A stretch of 32,000 nucleotides of DNA, taken from positions 17,917-49,916 of the forward strand of contig NZ_QLIR01000013.1 in the NCBI RefSeq assembly GCF_003428155.1, in the 5' to 3' direction. Below the pieces are notes generated by a model. It saw nothing but the letters and a program-made list of their open reading frames with translations. It had not been told where the DNA came from and made no database searches. The stretch is from Fastidiosibacter lacustris. Lineage in GTDB: Bacteria > Pseudomonadota > Gammaproteobacteria > Francisellales > Francisellaceae. Position 1 is the first letter of the stretch. Each line of letters begins with the position of its first letter. The translations under genes were made by a program, and so were the position numbers. Below are positions 1 to 9,982 of this stretch, one piece after another.

Positions 1-398
1 CTCAACATGCCTTCTTCAACGATGACTTGCTCGATATCCAAATTGCTAAAGAAACGATATTCTCTTATTGCATTTAAATTTAATGGGTCACTAGTGGCCA
101 ATAATAGCATTTTTTTATGCTTATACAGCGGCAAGCAATGACATTCGGTGATTAATCGTTCATTTAGATACTTGCGCGGGAAGAATTCCAAGTCATAAGC
201 ATTTAAATCAAATAAAGTAAGATTGAAAAATTTAGCAGCTTCAATCGCAAACAATTTACTATCTAGTAACTTATTGCTGACCAAATGACTAATCAGGCGC
301 TCATCTGCTTTATCGGCAGCCTTGATTACTTCATCAAGCACCTCACTTGCAATAAGATTTTGACTCAATAGAAAACTACTAATTCCGTGCTGACTCAT
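1..398 (-). CDS. pilB: Type IV pilus assembly ATPase PilB / GspE-family, N-terminal part (continues beyond window start)
   Basis: Open frame on the minus strand from ATG at 398 running off the window: MSQHGISSFLLSQNLIASEVLDEVIKAADKADERLISHLVSNKLLDSKLFAIEAAKFFNLTLFDLNAYDLEFFPRKYLNERLITECHCLPLYKHKKMLLLATSDPLNLNAIREYRFFSNLDIEQVIVEEGML; matches the T2SSE/PilB N-terminal (MshEN) domain style. Absent from the ORF track because it is truncated. Confidence 0.8.
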   Translation of the reverse strand, partial: MSQHGISSFLLSQNLIASEVLDEVIKAADKADERLISHLVSNKLLDSKLFAIEAAKFFNLTLFDLNAYDLEFFPRKYLNERLITECHCLPLYKHKKMLLLATSDPLNLNAIREYRFFSNLDIEQVIVEEGML

Positions 399-532
399 AG
401 GTATTATCAATGGTCCATTTATGCTTCAGTATAGGCATAAACTATCGAATTTTCTATGTAAATTTAAGAAGATATACCAAGCCCAGGGATATCTCGAATT
501 ATTTTGTGGTAGTGGGCAAAGTTACTTTTGAG

Positions 533-1060
533 TTAGCCAAACAAAATAAGCTTGCGCCACCAAGCCTTGTTATGAATGTTTTTTTCAACTTTTTCACGTT
601 TAATAGCTAACGATGTCCTTAAGTCATTCGGAGTTAAACGATGGGAAGCAAAATCATTGTTGGTTAATGGTGCTTGTGCACTTTTAAAAGCAGCATCAAT
701 CAGTTCAGAACAAAACCATTTATTATGGTCATTCAACCAATTACGTCGCCAAAGCCCAAGTCCTAAAGCAGAAATATAGTCATATTTTTTACCCCACTGT
801 CTAATAAGAAAATCAATTAAAGCCGCTTTTTGCTGATCGTTAATTTGAGTCACCCATGTTTCAAGCACATCTTGTGATTTTCTTAGCTTCTCATACGAAC
901 GTTTATAGACACCGAGTGAGCCGCTACTACTATAGCATTCACCATCGATTTGTACTTCAACATGCGAAAAATGAGAGCGCGTTACCCAGCGAATACCATA
1001 ACTTATTGCGCGATAGCTGTATCCAAAATAAATATATATTGTGTGCATGATGACACACAC
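533..1060 (-). CDS. YiiX/permuted NlpC-P60-like (papain-like) cysteine hydrolase family protein
   Basis: 175 aa ORF with ITRSHFSHVEVQIDGE-type His motif followed by a C-terminal WFCSELIDAAF Cys motif, the permuted arrangement typical of YiiX/YaeF-like proteins. Confidence 0.55.
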   Translation of the reverse strand: MCVIMHTIYIYFGYSYRAISYGIRWVTRSHFSHVEVQIDGECYSSSGSLGVYKRSYEKLRKSQDVLETWVTQINDQQKAALIDFLIRQWGKKYDYISALGLGLWRRNWLNDHNKWFCSELIDAAFKSAQAPLTNNDFASHRLTPNDLRTSLAIKREKVEKNIHNKAWWRKLILFG

Positions 1061-1126
1061 TCCTATACTGCCTGTCCTTGATGTAAGGAGTATAGCAAAA
1101 ATAGTTTGTGAGCGATAAAATAAACT

Positions 1127-1756
1127 TTACTTTTGCTTGTCAGAGATATTCGAAAATTGAATTAACATGTGATTGCCTTGTGCTTCATTGACTAATATAC
1201 GCGTGACGTACTTCTCACCTATAATCTCAATGCTATCAATAGCTTTATTTAAAGGTGAGTCAATGGGTTTTAAGCCCAAGTGCCAATTATTATTACATTC
1301 GATAAAGTAGATATCAAAATATTGTTTTAATGCTTCTGTATTGCCTTTAAAAATCGATAAAAAAATATGGGTAAAAGAAAATACAATCGGTTGTTCTTTT
1401 TTAGTAATGACCATTGCCTGTTTCCCTTCAATTGATTGTTGAATTTTATCTTCTGTGATCATCAGTATTGATTTAAAGGGTTTTTGTTGCAACCATTGTA
1501 AACCATCAGTTTTGGAAAGATGGAAAACACCACTGGAAATAAGTGGCTTTGATAAAAGCTTCATATAACGTGTTTGGGTAAAATCACCATAAACATTATC
1601 AATTTTAGCCTGGGCATTTTGCACTTTCATAAAAGCAACTTCATTTTTCGCAGATAAAGGATGATAAAAAATACTGTTTTTGCTTGCAGCCAAGCTCCCA
1701 TTAAAGAAAAAAATAAAAATTAAAGTAGGGAAAGTGATATGTATACGGAATTGCAT
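1127..1756 (-). CDS. LolA-like outer-membrane lipoprotein carrier family protein (APE-cluster type)
   Basis: Signal peptide MQFRIHITFPTLIFIFFFNGSLAA then ...VYGDFTQTRYMKLLSKPLISSGVFHLSKTDGLQWLQQKPFKS..., LolA-type fold signature; directly downstream of thioesterase in the same strand. Confidence 0.7.
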   Translation of the reverse strand: MQFRIHITFPTLIFIFFFNGSLAASKNSIFYHPLSAKNEVAFMKVQNAQAKIDNVYGDFTQTRYMKLLSKPLISSGVFHLSKTDGLQWLQQKPFKSILMITEDKIQQSIEGKQAMVITKKEQPIVFSFTHIFLSIFKGNTEALKQYFDIYFIECNNNWHLGLKPIDSPLNKAIDSIEIIGEKYVTRILVNEAQGNHMLIQFSNISDKQK

Positions 1757-1757
1757 G

Positions 1758-2177
1758 TTAAAAACTCTTTATTTTTTCGATTAAACACAAGGGTGAAACA
1801 AATTGTAGTTGTTGGGTTTTAAGATCAATAGCAAGTTGAGTAGTATGTCCCTTGGTGAGTTTTTGTTGGCTTGATTTATCGACAATAAGATAGGCAATTT
1901 TCAGGCGATTCTGATACTCAATAATACTACTTACAACTTGAATAGTTTGCCCAAATACAGCAGGTCGAATATATTTAATCTGTAAATCGACGATTGGCCA
2001 CATATAACCACTTGCTGCCATATCATTATAGTTATAACCTATTTCATTCAAAAGTTCGCATCGAGCGACTTCAAAGTACTTTACATAATGACCATGCCAA
2101 GCAATATGTAAGCTATCAATATCATAAAATGGAACACGTATCTCAGTTAAATGTGAAATGGTTTTGCTACTGATCAT
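1758..2177 (-). CDS. Acyl-CoA/ACP thioesterase, 4-hydroxybenzoyl-CoA thioesterase (hotdog) family
   Basis: Trimmed start at ATG 2177 (MISSKTISHLTEIRVPFYDIDSLHIAWHGHYVKYFEVARCELL...), classical 4HBT motif 'vpFyDiDsl-HiawHG-YvkYFE-AR'; overlaps the upstream acyltransferase stop by about 11 nt. Confidence 0.85.
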   Translation of the reverse strand: MISSKTISHLTEIRVPFYDIDSLHIAWHGHYVKYFEVARCELLNEIGYNYNDMAASGYMWPIVDLQIKYIRPAVFGQTIQVVSSIIEYQNRLKIAYLIVDKSSQQKLTKGHTTQLAIDLKTQQLQFVSPLCLIEKIKSF

Positions 2178-3114
2178 TCCTACCCCAAAAGTCAAAAAAA
2201 TTGAACCATTGTGTTGGATATTGTATGCAATGCCAAGCAATAAAATCACTATATTGTTGTGCATATTGGTTTAATATAAGCTGGCGATTGTGACGAGGAA
2301 GCTTAATGCTTTGAGCAAATGACTCAAAAACAACATTAAAACGCTTTTTTTGTTTTAAGCATAGCATCGTATAGACCGGTGCTTGTAAAATTGCTGAAAG
2401 TATGAAAGGTCCTTGTGGCAAAATGCACTTTTCACCTAAAAACTCAACCCAAATAGTGTGATTAGGATGATTAACAGAGATGCGATCACAGGCTATGATA
2501 ATAAACTCACCTTGGTCAATTTTTTGTTGTAACTGAATGGCAAAAACAAGATCGATATGCTCAATTGAAATTAAACTCAATTGCGAATCAGCGTTAACTT
2601 GGGTCAACAACGTATTGAATTTCTGAGCATGCTGATTAAAGATTAAGGCATTAACTTTAAGTTTAGGTATCAAACCAGACAATGCGCGCATCACTTCAAT
2701 ATTGCCTAGGTGCGCACTAAAAATAATAGCCCCTTGTTTTTTATTAACCAGATCAAGTAAAAGCTCACGATTTGGAAAGTGTAAGTCATGACGCGTGATG
2801 ATTTTATTCCATACTGCAACCTTGTCAATTAAGCTTTTACCAAAACTCATAAAATGGCGAAAAGGCTGTGGTTTTATGACTATATTTTTTTGTGCAGCGT
2901 AACGTTGTAAATGTATAAAATATTGCCAAGAAGCTTTACGCGCACCACGTGAAAAAAGATAGAAATAAACTATAGCAGGGAACATCAATACATAAGTTAC
3001 CCGTCTACCAAGCAGTTTAAAACAGATAAGCATGAATTTAAGTCCTATTATGCTTCCTTTTTCAGGTAACTTTGACCAGTGTTTATGCTGGCTACGACCT
3101 TGATTATTTGTCAT
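2167..3114 (-). CDS. LpxL/HtrB-like lysophospholipid/lipid A-type acyltransferase
   Basis: 315 aa; IIFSAHLGNIEVMRA contains the HX4(D/E) LPLAT motif; FIIIACDRIS...; overall LpxL-like layout. Confidence 0.8.
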   Translation of the reverse strand: MTNNQGRSQHKHWSKLPEKGSIIGLKFMLICFKLLGRRVTYVLMFPAIVYFYLFSRGARKASWQYFIHLQRYAAQKNIVIKPQPFRHFMSFGKSLIDKVAVWNKIITRHDLHFPNRELLLDLVNKKQGAIIFSAHLGNIEVMRALSGLIPKLKVNALIFNQHAQKFNTLLTQVNADSQLSLISIEHIDLVFAIQLQQKIDQGEFIIIACDRISVNHPNHTIWVEFLGEKCILPQGPFILSAILQAPVYTMLCLKQKKRFNVVFESFAQSIKLPRHNRQLILNQYAQQYSDFIAWHCIQYPTQWFNFFDFWGRNDQ

Positions 3115-3850
3115 GTCTATTTATTAATTTTTTTAGATGGAGGCGTGGCATATAGTAAAACATCGCAAAAAAAAGTCGAGTATGCAACCATGAGATCCGA
3201 ACGTTATCTTTCCATAGACGAAAGTGAGATTGCCCAGATTTAGGGTAGTTAATTTGCGTTGGAATATATTTCACATCAATCGCTTGCCAATAAGCTTTTA
3301 CCATGATTTCAATATCAAACTCCATTCGCCTACCAGATACTTTTGGTAATACGCTTTGTAAAGGATTTAAGGGGTAGATGCGAAAGCCACACATTGATTC
3401 AACAAGTCTTGTGCTCCACGTTTCAATCGCCACCCAAAAGTTAGTGATTTTGCGACCGTGTAAGCGAGCTTTAGGCACACTTTTATCATAAATTGACTTG
3501 CCAGAAATAAGGCTATTGGGGTGATATTGAAATAGTGTCAGAAACTTTGATAAGTCGTTTAAATCATGTTGGTGATCGGCATCGACTTGAATTGCATGTG
3601 TATAGTGATGATGATACAAATACTGAAAGCCATTCATAATCGCTGCACCTTTGCCAGAGTTAAGTGCCAACGAAATAGACTTGACCCATGAGTATTGCTG
3701 GCATATATGGTTAATTACGGCTTTGGTTTTTTGATCACTACCATCATCAACAATTAAGCAATTGATACCATAAACTGCAAGCTCAGAAACAACACTCACA
3801 AGTGTCTCACCATGATTATAAATTGGAATAAGAAAACAAGGTTTGGTCAT
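3104..3850 (-). CDS. Glycosyltransferase family 2
   Basis: PIYNHGETLVSVVSELAVYGINCLIVDDGSD...LNSGKGAAIMNGFQYL...HAIQVDADHQHD: GT-A fold with DDGSD and DADxQHD motifs. Confidence 0.85.
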   Translation of the reverse strand: MTKPCFLIPIYNHGETLVSVVSELAVYGINCLIVDDGSDQKTKAVINHICQQYSWVKSISLALNSGKGAAIMNGFQYLYHHHYTHAIQVDADHQHDLNDLSKFLTLFQYHPNSLISGKSIYDKSVPKARLHGRKITNFWVAIETWSTRLVESMCGFRIYPLNPLQSVLPKVSGRRMEFDIEIMVKAYWQAIDVKYIPTQINYPKSGQSHFRLWKDNVRISWLHTRLFFAMFYYMPRLHLKKLINRHDK

Positions 3851-4194
3851 AACTGGATTTTTCCACTTGAATAGCGATTTTGATCATCATCAGTATATTC
3901 AAATTGCAGCTGATGTTCAGATAATTCTATCTGCAAATTGAGCACCTTATTAGGTAAAATCACTTGGCTGAATTTAAGCTGCGGGATATGACGTACTTGC
4001 TTCTTGTCAAGCATTAAAAAACAAGAGCTAAACTCAATAACAAAATCTGTTTGGGCAATCCCTGGCAAAATAGGATTATCGGTAAAATGACCTTTAAAAA
4101 AAATCAATTTTTCATCAAACAGCAGCTTAAGCTTCACAACTGAAGACTTTTGTCGTTTTTCAATTGAATGTTCAAGAATTTCAGGATAGCGCAT
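3847..4194 (-). CDS. FabZ/FabA-like (ApeI-like) hydroxyacyl-ACP dehydratase, hotdog fold
   Basis: 115 aa; FFKGHFTDNPILPGIAQTDFVIEF matches the F-x-GHF-x-x-x-PI-x-PG signature; 4-nt overlap with the GT2 gene. Confidence 0.7.
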   Translation of the reverse strand: MRYPEILEHSIEKRQKSSVVKLKLLFDEKLIFFKGHFTDNPILPGIAQTDFVIEFSSCFLMLDKKQVRHIPQLKFSQVILPNKVLNLQIELSEHQLQFEYTDDDQNRYSSGKIQL

Positions 4195-4202
4195 GAATTT
4201 CC

Positions 4203-4823
4203 TTAATATGTACTTTTAACAGCATCACAAAACGCTTTAATTTTGGCATGAGACTTAATGCCTTTTTGCGACTCAACACCGCCGCTGACATCAACCGCAT
4301 AGGGTTGAATTTCAGCAATCGCATGAGTTACATTTTCAACCGTTAATCCACCTGCTAAAATGATACTGTTTCGCATTTCGTTAGGAATGATTGACCAATC
4401 AAATGTTTTACCTAAGCCACCATAGAAATTTCGATCATAAGCATCTAGCAATATGGCACGCGCGTTTTGATAATATTGTTTAGCTTTGTTGAGCGTTAAG
4501 CGGTCCTCAATGCGTAAAGCGCGTATATATGGAAACTGAAAACTGTTACAAAATTCAAGTTGTTCGTCACCATGGAATTGAATCATACTAATACCAGCTG
4601 CAATTGCAGTTTTAATTTCATCTGGCATAGCATTAACGAAGAGTCCACAAATCGTCACAAAAGGTGGTAGCTTTTGAATAATTTTATGTGCCTCATTAAT
4701 AGTAATAAAGCGAGGTGATTTGGTATAAAAAACAAAGCCTAATCCTTCGACTCCACATTCAAGCGCAAAAAGGGCATCTTCAAGGTTACGGATACCACAA
4801 ATTTTAATTTTAGTTCTATGCAT
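4203..4823 (-). CDS. trpF: Phosphoribosylanthranilate isomerase
   Basis: KIKICGIRNLEDALFALECGVEGLGFVFYTKSPRFI...VQFHGDEQ-like IQFHGDEQLEFC...LLDAYDRNFYGGLGKTFDWSII...LAGGLTVENV...VDVSGGVES.GIK: full TrpF motif set. Confidence 0.95.
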   Translation of the reverse strand: MHRTKIKICGIRNLEDALFALECGVEGLGFVFYTKSPRFITINEAHKIIQKLPPFVTICGLFVNAMPDEIKTAIAAGISMIQFHGDEQLEFCNSFQFPYIRALRIEDRLTLNKAKQYYQNARAILLDAYDRNFYGGLGKTFDWSIIPNEMRNSIILAGGLTVENVTHAIAEIQPYAVDVSGGVESQKGIKSHAKIKAFCDAVKSTY

Positions 4824-4829
4824 GCCTTA

Positions 4830-5213
4830 CTACGCCATAAAGTTAATTAAGGCCGCTGCTACCATAGATGCAGTTGCTACACTCACACCCGCTGTGGCAA
4901 GTAAGCGATCAACCTTGTCCAGGTGATACTTTTTACGTGTTTGCACTTCTAAAGCGTCATCACTTTCGGCAATCTCGCTTAATATGGAGATGTATTGTGG
5001 AAATAAGGGTGGCTCATTAAATTCACCCGCTTCAAACCCTTCTGCCCAATAGTTATGTTCAATCGTGTTTACTGGAAAAGGGTTAAGTGTTTCTGACTTG
5101 TTTTTTTTGCCATGGACGTAACCAAACATCCAAATTTTTTCAAGCTCATCCAATGTATCTACTTGTGCAGATAAAATAAGCTTTAAGCGTGAGTCAATTT
5201 CATTTGTGTGCAT
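4830..5213 (-). CDS. Hypothetical protein with RMF-like GYxxG-NPF-WxxGFxxG motif and C-terminal hydrophobic segment
   Basis: ORF trimmed to MHTNEIDSRLKLILSAQVD...; motif FGYVHGKKNKSETLNPFPVNTIEHNYWAEGFEAGEF; C-terminal LLATAGVSVATASMVAAALINFMA. Confidence 0.6.
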   Translation of the reverse strand: MHTNEIDSRLKLILSAQVDTLDELEKIWMFGYVHGKKNKSETLNPFPVNTIEHNYWAEGFEAGEFNEPPLFPQYISILSEIAESDDALEVQTRKKYHLDKVDRLLATAGVSVATASMVAAALINFMA

Positions 5214-5408
5214 AAAAACTTCATGTTCTATAACTAAAGTTAGTTGAGTATACCATAGCTTTAGCATCTATCCACTAACTGTGTTTTATTCGTTAAATAG
5301 AACTACTAAAATTTTTTATATATCAATAATTAAATCATTTTACAGGTTTCCTTAAGTTTGTATTTTACGTGCTTTTATCTTCTTTTTTCTAGGCGAGGCT
5401 ATCTACGT

Positions 5409-5437
5409 TTGACAATGCTGGGGATATAGGCTTAAAT
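5409..5437 (+). promoter_or_regulatory. Candidate sigma-70-like promoter upstream of gltA
   Basis: TTGACA (5409-5414), 17-nt spacer, TTAAAT (5432-5437), in the intergenic region before gltA. Confidence 0.35.
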
Positions 5438-5550
5438 ATGCCACATTAATTTTAGCTACCCGCACTCAACGGGGTTTAAGTCACTTTATAAAACTTAAGG
5501 TCTATTTAGTTTAGAGTGATATTTTTTATAAATTTTAGAGTGCGATAATC

Positions 5551-6834
5551 ATGGAGAACAACATGTCTGAAACTGCAATCTTAACCCTTCCAGATAAAAA
5601 TTTATTGCTAGAGCTACCTATTTATACCCCTGTTTTAGGACAACAAACTGTTGACGTTTCTTCTTTAGTTAAAGAAGGCTTATTTACCTACGACCCAGGA
5701 TTTTTATCCACAGCAGCATGCTGGTCAAAAATCACCTATATCAATGGTGGTAAAGGCGTTTTATTACACCGTGGTTATCCTATTGAGCAGTGGGTTGAAA
5801 AATCTCATTATATGAATTTATGCTATGCACTTTTAAATGATAAACTTGCCTTAACAAATGAAATTACTGAATTTTCAACTCGAATTCTAAATGATATGCC
5901 TGTATGCACACACATTCAAGAGACCATCAAAGCTTTTCCACAAGATGTGCATCCAATGGCACCACTTATGGCAGCGGTAAGTGTAATGGCAGGTGAAAAC
6001 CAAAAAACGATGAATAAAAAAGATCTTACTCAGCAAACTCAAATGGCTGAAAAACTGATTGCTCAAATGCCAACTATCGTTGCAATGACTTACCGTCATC
6101 GCAACGGGTTGCCGTTTATGGCACCCAAAAAATCGCTTTCTTACGCTGAGAACTTCTTATACATGATGTTTGCAGATAGTGAAAATTACCAACCTGATTC
6201 AATTGCCGCACGTGCGATGGATACAATTTTTATTCTGCATGCAGATCACGAACAAAATGCGTCCACATCAACCGTGCGCCTTGCTGGTTCAACTGGCACT
6301 GATCCATATGCTGCTATTGTTGCTGGTATTGCCGCCCTTTGGGGACCTGCACATGGTGGTGCAAACGAAGCCGTTGTCAAAATGCTTGAACAAATCGGTG
6401 ATGTAAGTAATATTGATAAGTTTATTGAACGCGCTAAAAACAAAGATGATTCTTTTAGATTAATGGGCTTTGGTCATCGTGTATATAAAAATACTGATCC
6501 ACGTGCCATTGCTATGAAAAAAGCCTGTGAAAGTATTTTAAATCAACTGGGCGATAGCGATAATCCACTATTGGTGATTGCTAAAAAATTAGAGGAAATC
6601 GCACTTAATGATAGGTACTTTATCGATAGGAAGCTTTTCCCTAATGTTGATTTCTACTCTGGTATTATCTTAAAAACACTACACATTCCAACTTATATGT
6701 ATACGTCTATTTTTGCCTTAGCTCGCGCATCTGGCTGGATAGCTCAATACCTTGAGATGTACAATGATCCAAAAATGAAAATTGGTCGTCCACGCCAGCT
6801 ATATATCGGCGAAGCACAAAGAAATCTTCCTTAA
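5551..6834 (+). CDS. gltA: Citrate synthase (type II)
   Basis: 427 aa; FLSTAACWSKITYINGGKGVLLHRGYPIEQW, HADHEQNASTSTVRLAGSTGTDPYAAIVAGIAALWGPAHGGANEAV, FGHRVYKNTDPRA; start may be ATG 5551 or ATG 5563. Confidence 0.95.
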   Translation: MENNMSETAILTLPDKNLLLELPIYTPVLGQQTVDVSSLVKEGLFTYDPGFLSTAACWSKITYINGGKGVLLHRGYPIEQWVEKSHYMNLCYALLNDKLALTNEITEFSTRILNDMPVCTHIQETIKAFPQDVHPMAPLMAAVSVMAGENQKTMNKKDLTQQTQMAEKLIAQMPTIVAMTYRHRNGLPFMAPKKSLSYAENFLYMMFADSENYQPDSIAARAMDTIFILHADHEQNASTSTVRLAGSTGTDPYAAIVAGIAALWGPAHGGANEAVVKMLEQIGDVSNIDKFIERAKNKDDSFRLMGFGHRVYKNTDPRAIAMKKACESILNQLGDSDNPLLVIAKKLEEIALNDRYFIDRKLFPNVDFYSGIILKTLHIPTYMYTSIFALARASGWIAQYLEMYNDPKMKIGRPRQLYIGEAQRNLP

Positions 6835-6948
6835 TTTCAATATAATAACTTGCTACTAAATTAAATAACAATCACCACCCATATCAATTATCATAATATA
6901 TTGCCCATTTAAGGGATAAGGCACTAAAGCATATACTAAAAAAGACTT

Positions 6949-7161
6949 TCACTTGCTTTTAAGGAATTGACGAATCCGTATAATTAAGTACCATACGACA
7001 ATACCGATAATAGCAACTGAAATAAATGGATGGTCCTCTACAATTTGTGGAACAAAGGATAATGTGCTTGGAACACACACCTCTGTAATCAGTCTTTCAA
7101 CCGCAAAAACCATATTTGCATAAAACCCTATGACTAGAAAAAGCCAAACCTTAAATTTCAT
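6949..7161 (-). CDS. Small hypothetical membrane protein (signal/TM plus second TM)
   Basis: 70 aa: MKFKVWLFLVIGFYANMVFA...HPFISVAIIGIVVWYLIIRIRQFLKSK. Confidence 0.4.
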   Translation of the reverse strand: MKFKVWLFLVIGFYANMVFAVERLITEVCVPSTLSFVPQIVEDHPFISVAIIGIVVWYLIIRIRQFLKSK

Positions 7162-7368
7162 ATTTGCCCTAAATCAAGCTGTTTTGATGACACAGGCGAT
7201 TGTATCACAATCTTGTGAGAGATTAACCACAATCACATACACTTTTTCTTAATTATGGATAGATAATAGCTTAAAAATGACCTTAAAGCATTATTTTTCT
7301 GATTCTTTAACAGCCAATACAGAACTGAAATAATATGAATTTATTGTAAGAAGCATTCAACTTAATGA

Positions 7369-9387
7369 TTAAAACAAGTATTTATCTTTAATTGACTTAA
7401 TTTGGTCACGCACTTCACCTGCTTGCTCAAATTCTAAATTACGGGCATGCTCTTTCATCACACGCTCAAGTTTTTTAACAAGACTCAAGGCTTCTTTAAC
7501 TCCTAGCACCTCATCTAATAGGAGATCTTTGACTTTCTTACGCATACTACTTTCAGCTGTTTTCTTGTTTATTTCAGGAGAGAACCCCAGCATATCACTA
7601 ACACCTTTACGAATAGTCGTTGGTATTATATTGTGCTGTTGATTGTATGCTTGCTGCTTATTACGCCGTCGCTGCGTTTCTTCCATTGCACGCTGCATTG
7701 AGCATGTAATCACATCAGCATAGAGAATGGCTTTGCCAGATACGTTTCTTGCCGTGCGTCCTATGGTTTGAATCAATGAGCGTTCTGAACGCAAAAATCC
7801 TTCTTTATCAGCATCAAAGATGAGTACTGTACTAACTTCAGGCATATCTAAACCTTCACGCAATAAATTAATTCCAACTAAAACATCGAAAACTCCTATT
7901 CGTAGATCGCGAATAATTTCAACTCTCTCAACCGTATCTACATCCGCATGTAAATAGCGCACATTTATGCCATGCTCGGCTAAATAATCGGTTAGATCCT
8001 CTGCCATGCGCTTAGTCAAGGTCGTAATCAGTATACGCTCGCCTTGAACAACTGCCTTATTGATTTCTGATAACGCATCTTCTACTTGAATCGCAACAGG
8101 TCGTACTTCAACCGTAGGATCCAATAAACCCGTTGGGCGCACCACTTGCTCAACAATATTTTGCTGATGCTTTTGTTCATAATCCGCAGGTGTTGCTGAG
8201 ACATATATCGCCTGTCGCACTAAAGCTTCAAATTCATGAAATTTTAACGGTCGATTATCTAAGGCTGATGGTAATCGAAAACCATAATTTACCAAATTTT
8301 CCTTACGTGAGCGATCACCTTTATACATGCCACCAAATTGTGGAATTGTCACATGTGACTCATCGATTACAATAAAAGCATTTTCAGGTAAATAATCCAA
8401 TAGCGTCGGTGGGGGTTCCCCTGACGCACGCCCTGAGAGTAAACGCGAGTAATTTTCAATCCCCGTGCAATAACCCAATTCATTGATCATTTCTATGTCA
8501 TAAAGTGTACGTTGTTCAATTCTTTGTGCTTCAATCAAACGATTTTCCTTTTGAAAATAGGCAATACGCTCTCTTAGCTCTTCTTTTATTTCTTCAACCA
8601 TACTCTTTTGTCTGTCTTTTGAACTGACATAGTGTGTACCTGGAAAAATCGTTGTTCGATAGACTGAATGAATTTTCTTGCCTGTTAGCGGATCAATAAT
8701 CGTTAAGCTCTCAATTTCATCATCAAATAATTCAACACGCACGGCTTCTTTATCTGAATCCGCTGGGAAAATATCGATCACCTCGCCTCGCACACGATAA
8801 GTTCCACGCGTAAAATCCATATCACTACGCTGATACTGCATATCGCTCAAACGCCTTAAAATACTACGTTGATCAATTTCCACCCCCAATTTTAAATGCA
8901 ATAACATTTGCATATATTGCTCAGGATCACCTAATCCATATATAGCTGAAACTGTTGCGACAATAATCACATCTTGACGCTCCAAGATTGACTTAGTTGC
9001 CGACAAGCGCATTTGCTCAACATGTTCATTGATTGATGAGTCTTTTTCAATATAGGTATCTGATGTTGCAACATAGGCTTCTGGCTGATAATAGTCATAA
9101 TATGACACAAAGTACTCCACAGCATTATGGGGAAAAAACTGTCTCATTTCAGCATAAAGCTGAGCAGCTAATGTTTTATTGTGTGCCAAAATCAAAGTAG
9201 GTCGCTGTACATTTTGAATAACATTCGCAATGGTATAGGTTTTACCTGAACCGGTTACCCCTAACAACGTTTGGTGCCTCAAACCATTTTGTAACCCTTT
9301 TGTTAATGAGGCAATCGCTTTAGGTTGATCACCAGCAGGTGGATAAGTTGCTACTAATTTAAATACTTTTTTTATATCTTCTTCCAT
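7369..9387 (-). CDS. uvrB: Excinuclease ABC subunit B
   Basis: 672 aa; [80 protein letters not shown]-terminal UVR motif. Confidence 0.98.
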   Translation of the reverse strand: MEEDIKKVFKLVATYPPAGDQPKAIASLTKGLQNGLRHQTLLGVTGSGKTYTIANVIQNVQRPTLILAHNKTLAAQLYAEMRQFFPHNAVEYFVSYYDYYQPEAYVATSDTYIEKDSSINEHVEQMRLSATKSILERQDVIIVATVSAIYGLGDPEQYMQMLLHLKLGVEIDQRSILRRLSDMQYQRSDMDFTRGTYRVRGEVIDIFPADSDKEAVRVELFDDEIESLTIIDPLTGKKIHSVYRTTIFPGTHYVSSKDRQKSMVEEIKEELRERIAYFQKENRLIEAQRIEQRTLYDIEMINELGYCTGIENYSRLLSGRASGEPPPTLLDYLPENAFIVIDESHVTIPQFGGMYKGDRSRKENLVNYGFRLPSALDNRPLKFHEFEALVRQAIYVSATPADYEQKHQQNIVEQVVRPTGLLDPTVEVRPVAIQVEDALSEINKAVVQGERILITTLTKRMAEDLTDYLAEHGINVRYLHADVDTVERVEIIRDLRIGVFDVLVGINLLREGLDMPEVSTVLIFDADKEGFLRSERSLIQTIGRTARNVSGKAILYADVITCSMQRAMEETQRRRNKQQAYNQQHNIIPTTIRKGVSDMLGFSPEINKKTAESSMRKKVKDLLLDEVLGVKEALSLVKKLERVMKEHARNLEFEQAGEVRDQIKSIKDKYLF

Positions 9388-9643
9388 TCTTTCGTACCAT
9401 TACAATCTAATTAATCATATTAAACAGATCATAATAAACACATTAGTAAGTATTTTATAGCTTCCTGAGCTTGGATTACCAAGCTTTTACATTTTTGTCA
9501 TTTTATTGATTAAAAAATCATCATGGCGATTTGATTACATTATTTCAGTATTTTTTACATTAAAAAAACGTTTTTCTCCATATAGAAAAATGCAATAAAT
9601 AACTATGCTAAAAATACCAAAAGGGAAAATAAGGATATTTATC

Positions 9644-9898
9644 ATGAGTCACATAGAAAAATTCATCTACGCTACAGCTGAAGCACGTTACGAAAATGCA
9701 AGAAAAGACCCAACTGATCAACCACGCTTTACATTAAGTATTGTTACAGAAGAAGTCGAACGTGGCTTAATTGAAGCAACTCTTGCTTATACTGGCTTTC
9801 ATCTTACTAATACCGCTGAAGTGTTAGGTATTAGCAGTGCTACGCTCAAAGCCAAAATTAAAAAATATGGTATATTCATGTTAGACTTCTCAAGCTAA
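9644..9898 (+). CDS. Fis-family DNA-binding/nucleoid-associated-like regulator
   Basis: Trimmed start MSHIEKFIYATAEARYENARKDPTDQPRFTLSIVTEEVERGLIEATLAYTGFHLTNTAEVLGISSATLKAKIKKYGIF; C-terminal Fis-type HTH (N..A..LGI....L..K...Y.I). Confidence 0.7.
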   Translation: MSHIEKFIYATAEARYENARKDPTDQPRFTLSIVTEEVERGLIEATLAYTGFHLTNTAEVLGISSATLKAKIKKYGIFMLDFSS

Positions 9899-9982
9899 AT
9901 AATATTCGCTGCTTTACAGAGGCTCATTATTATGGATAGTGTTTTATTTTGTCATAAAAATATGTAAGATATTCAATCAAAA

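Noticed and set aside
576-1050. Plus-strand ORFs 576..779 and 856..1050, and 410..610
   Set aside because: They lie antisense to the better-supported YiiX-like CDS (or in its short flank), with no recognisable domain and low complexity; likely shadow frames.
2178-2264. Extended N-terminus of the thioesterase ORF
   Set aside because: Overlaps deeply with the acyltransferase C-terminus; the conserved 4HBT domain begins near ATG 2177.
5887-6443. ORFs 5887..6099, 6170..6406, 6246..6443 inside gltA
   Set aside because: Alternative-frame or antisense translations of a highly conserved citrate synthase gene.
7188-7255. Partial inverted repeats (GATTGT...ACAATC) upstream of the 70-aa ORF
   Set aside because: Short arms in AT-rich DNA; no U-tract or convincing terminator or operator arrangement.
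9388-9643. Possible LexA box between uvrB and the fis-like gene
   Set aside because: No CTGT-N8-ACAG-like palindrome seen; cannot support SOS control from the sequence.
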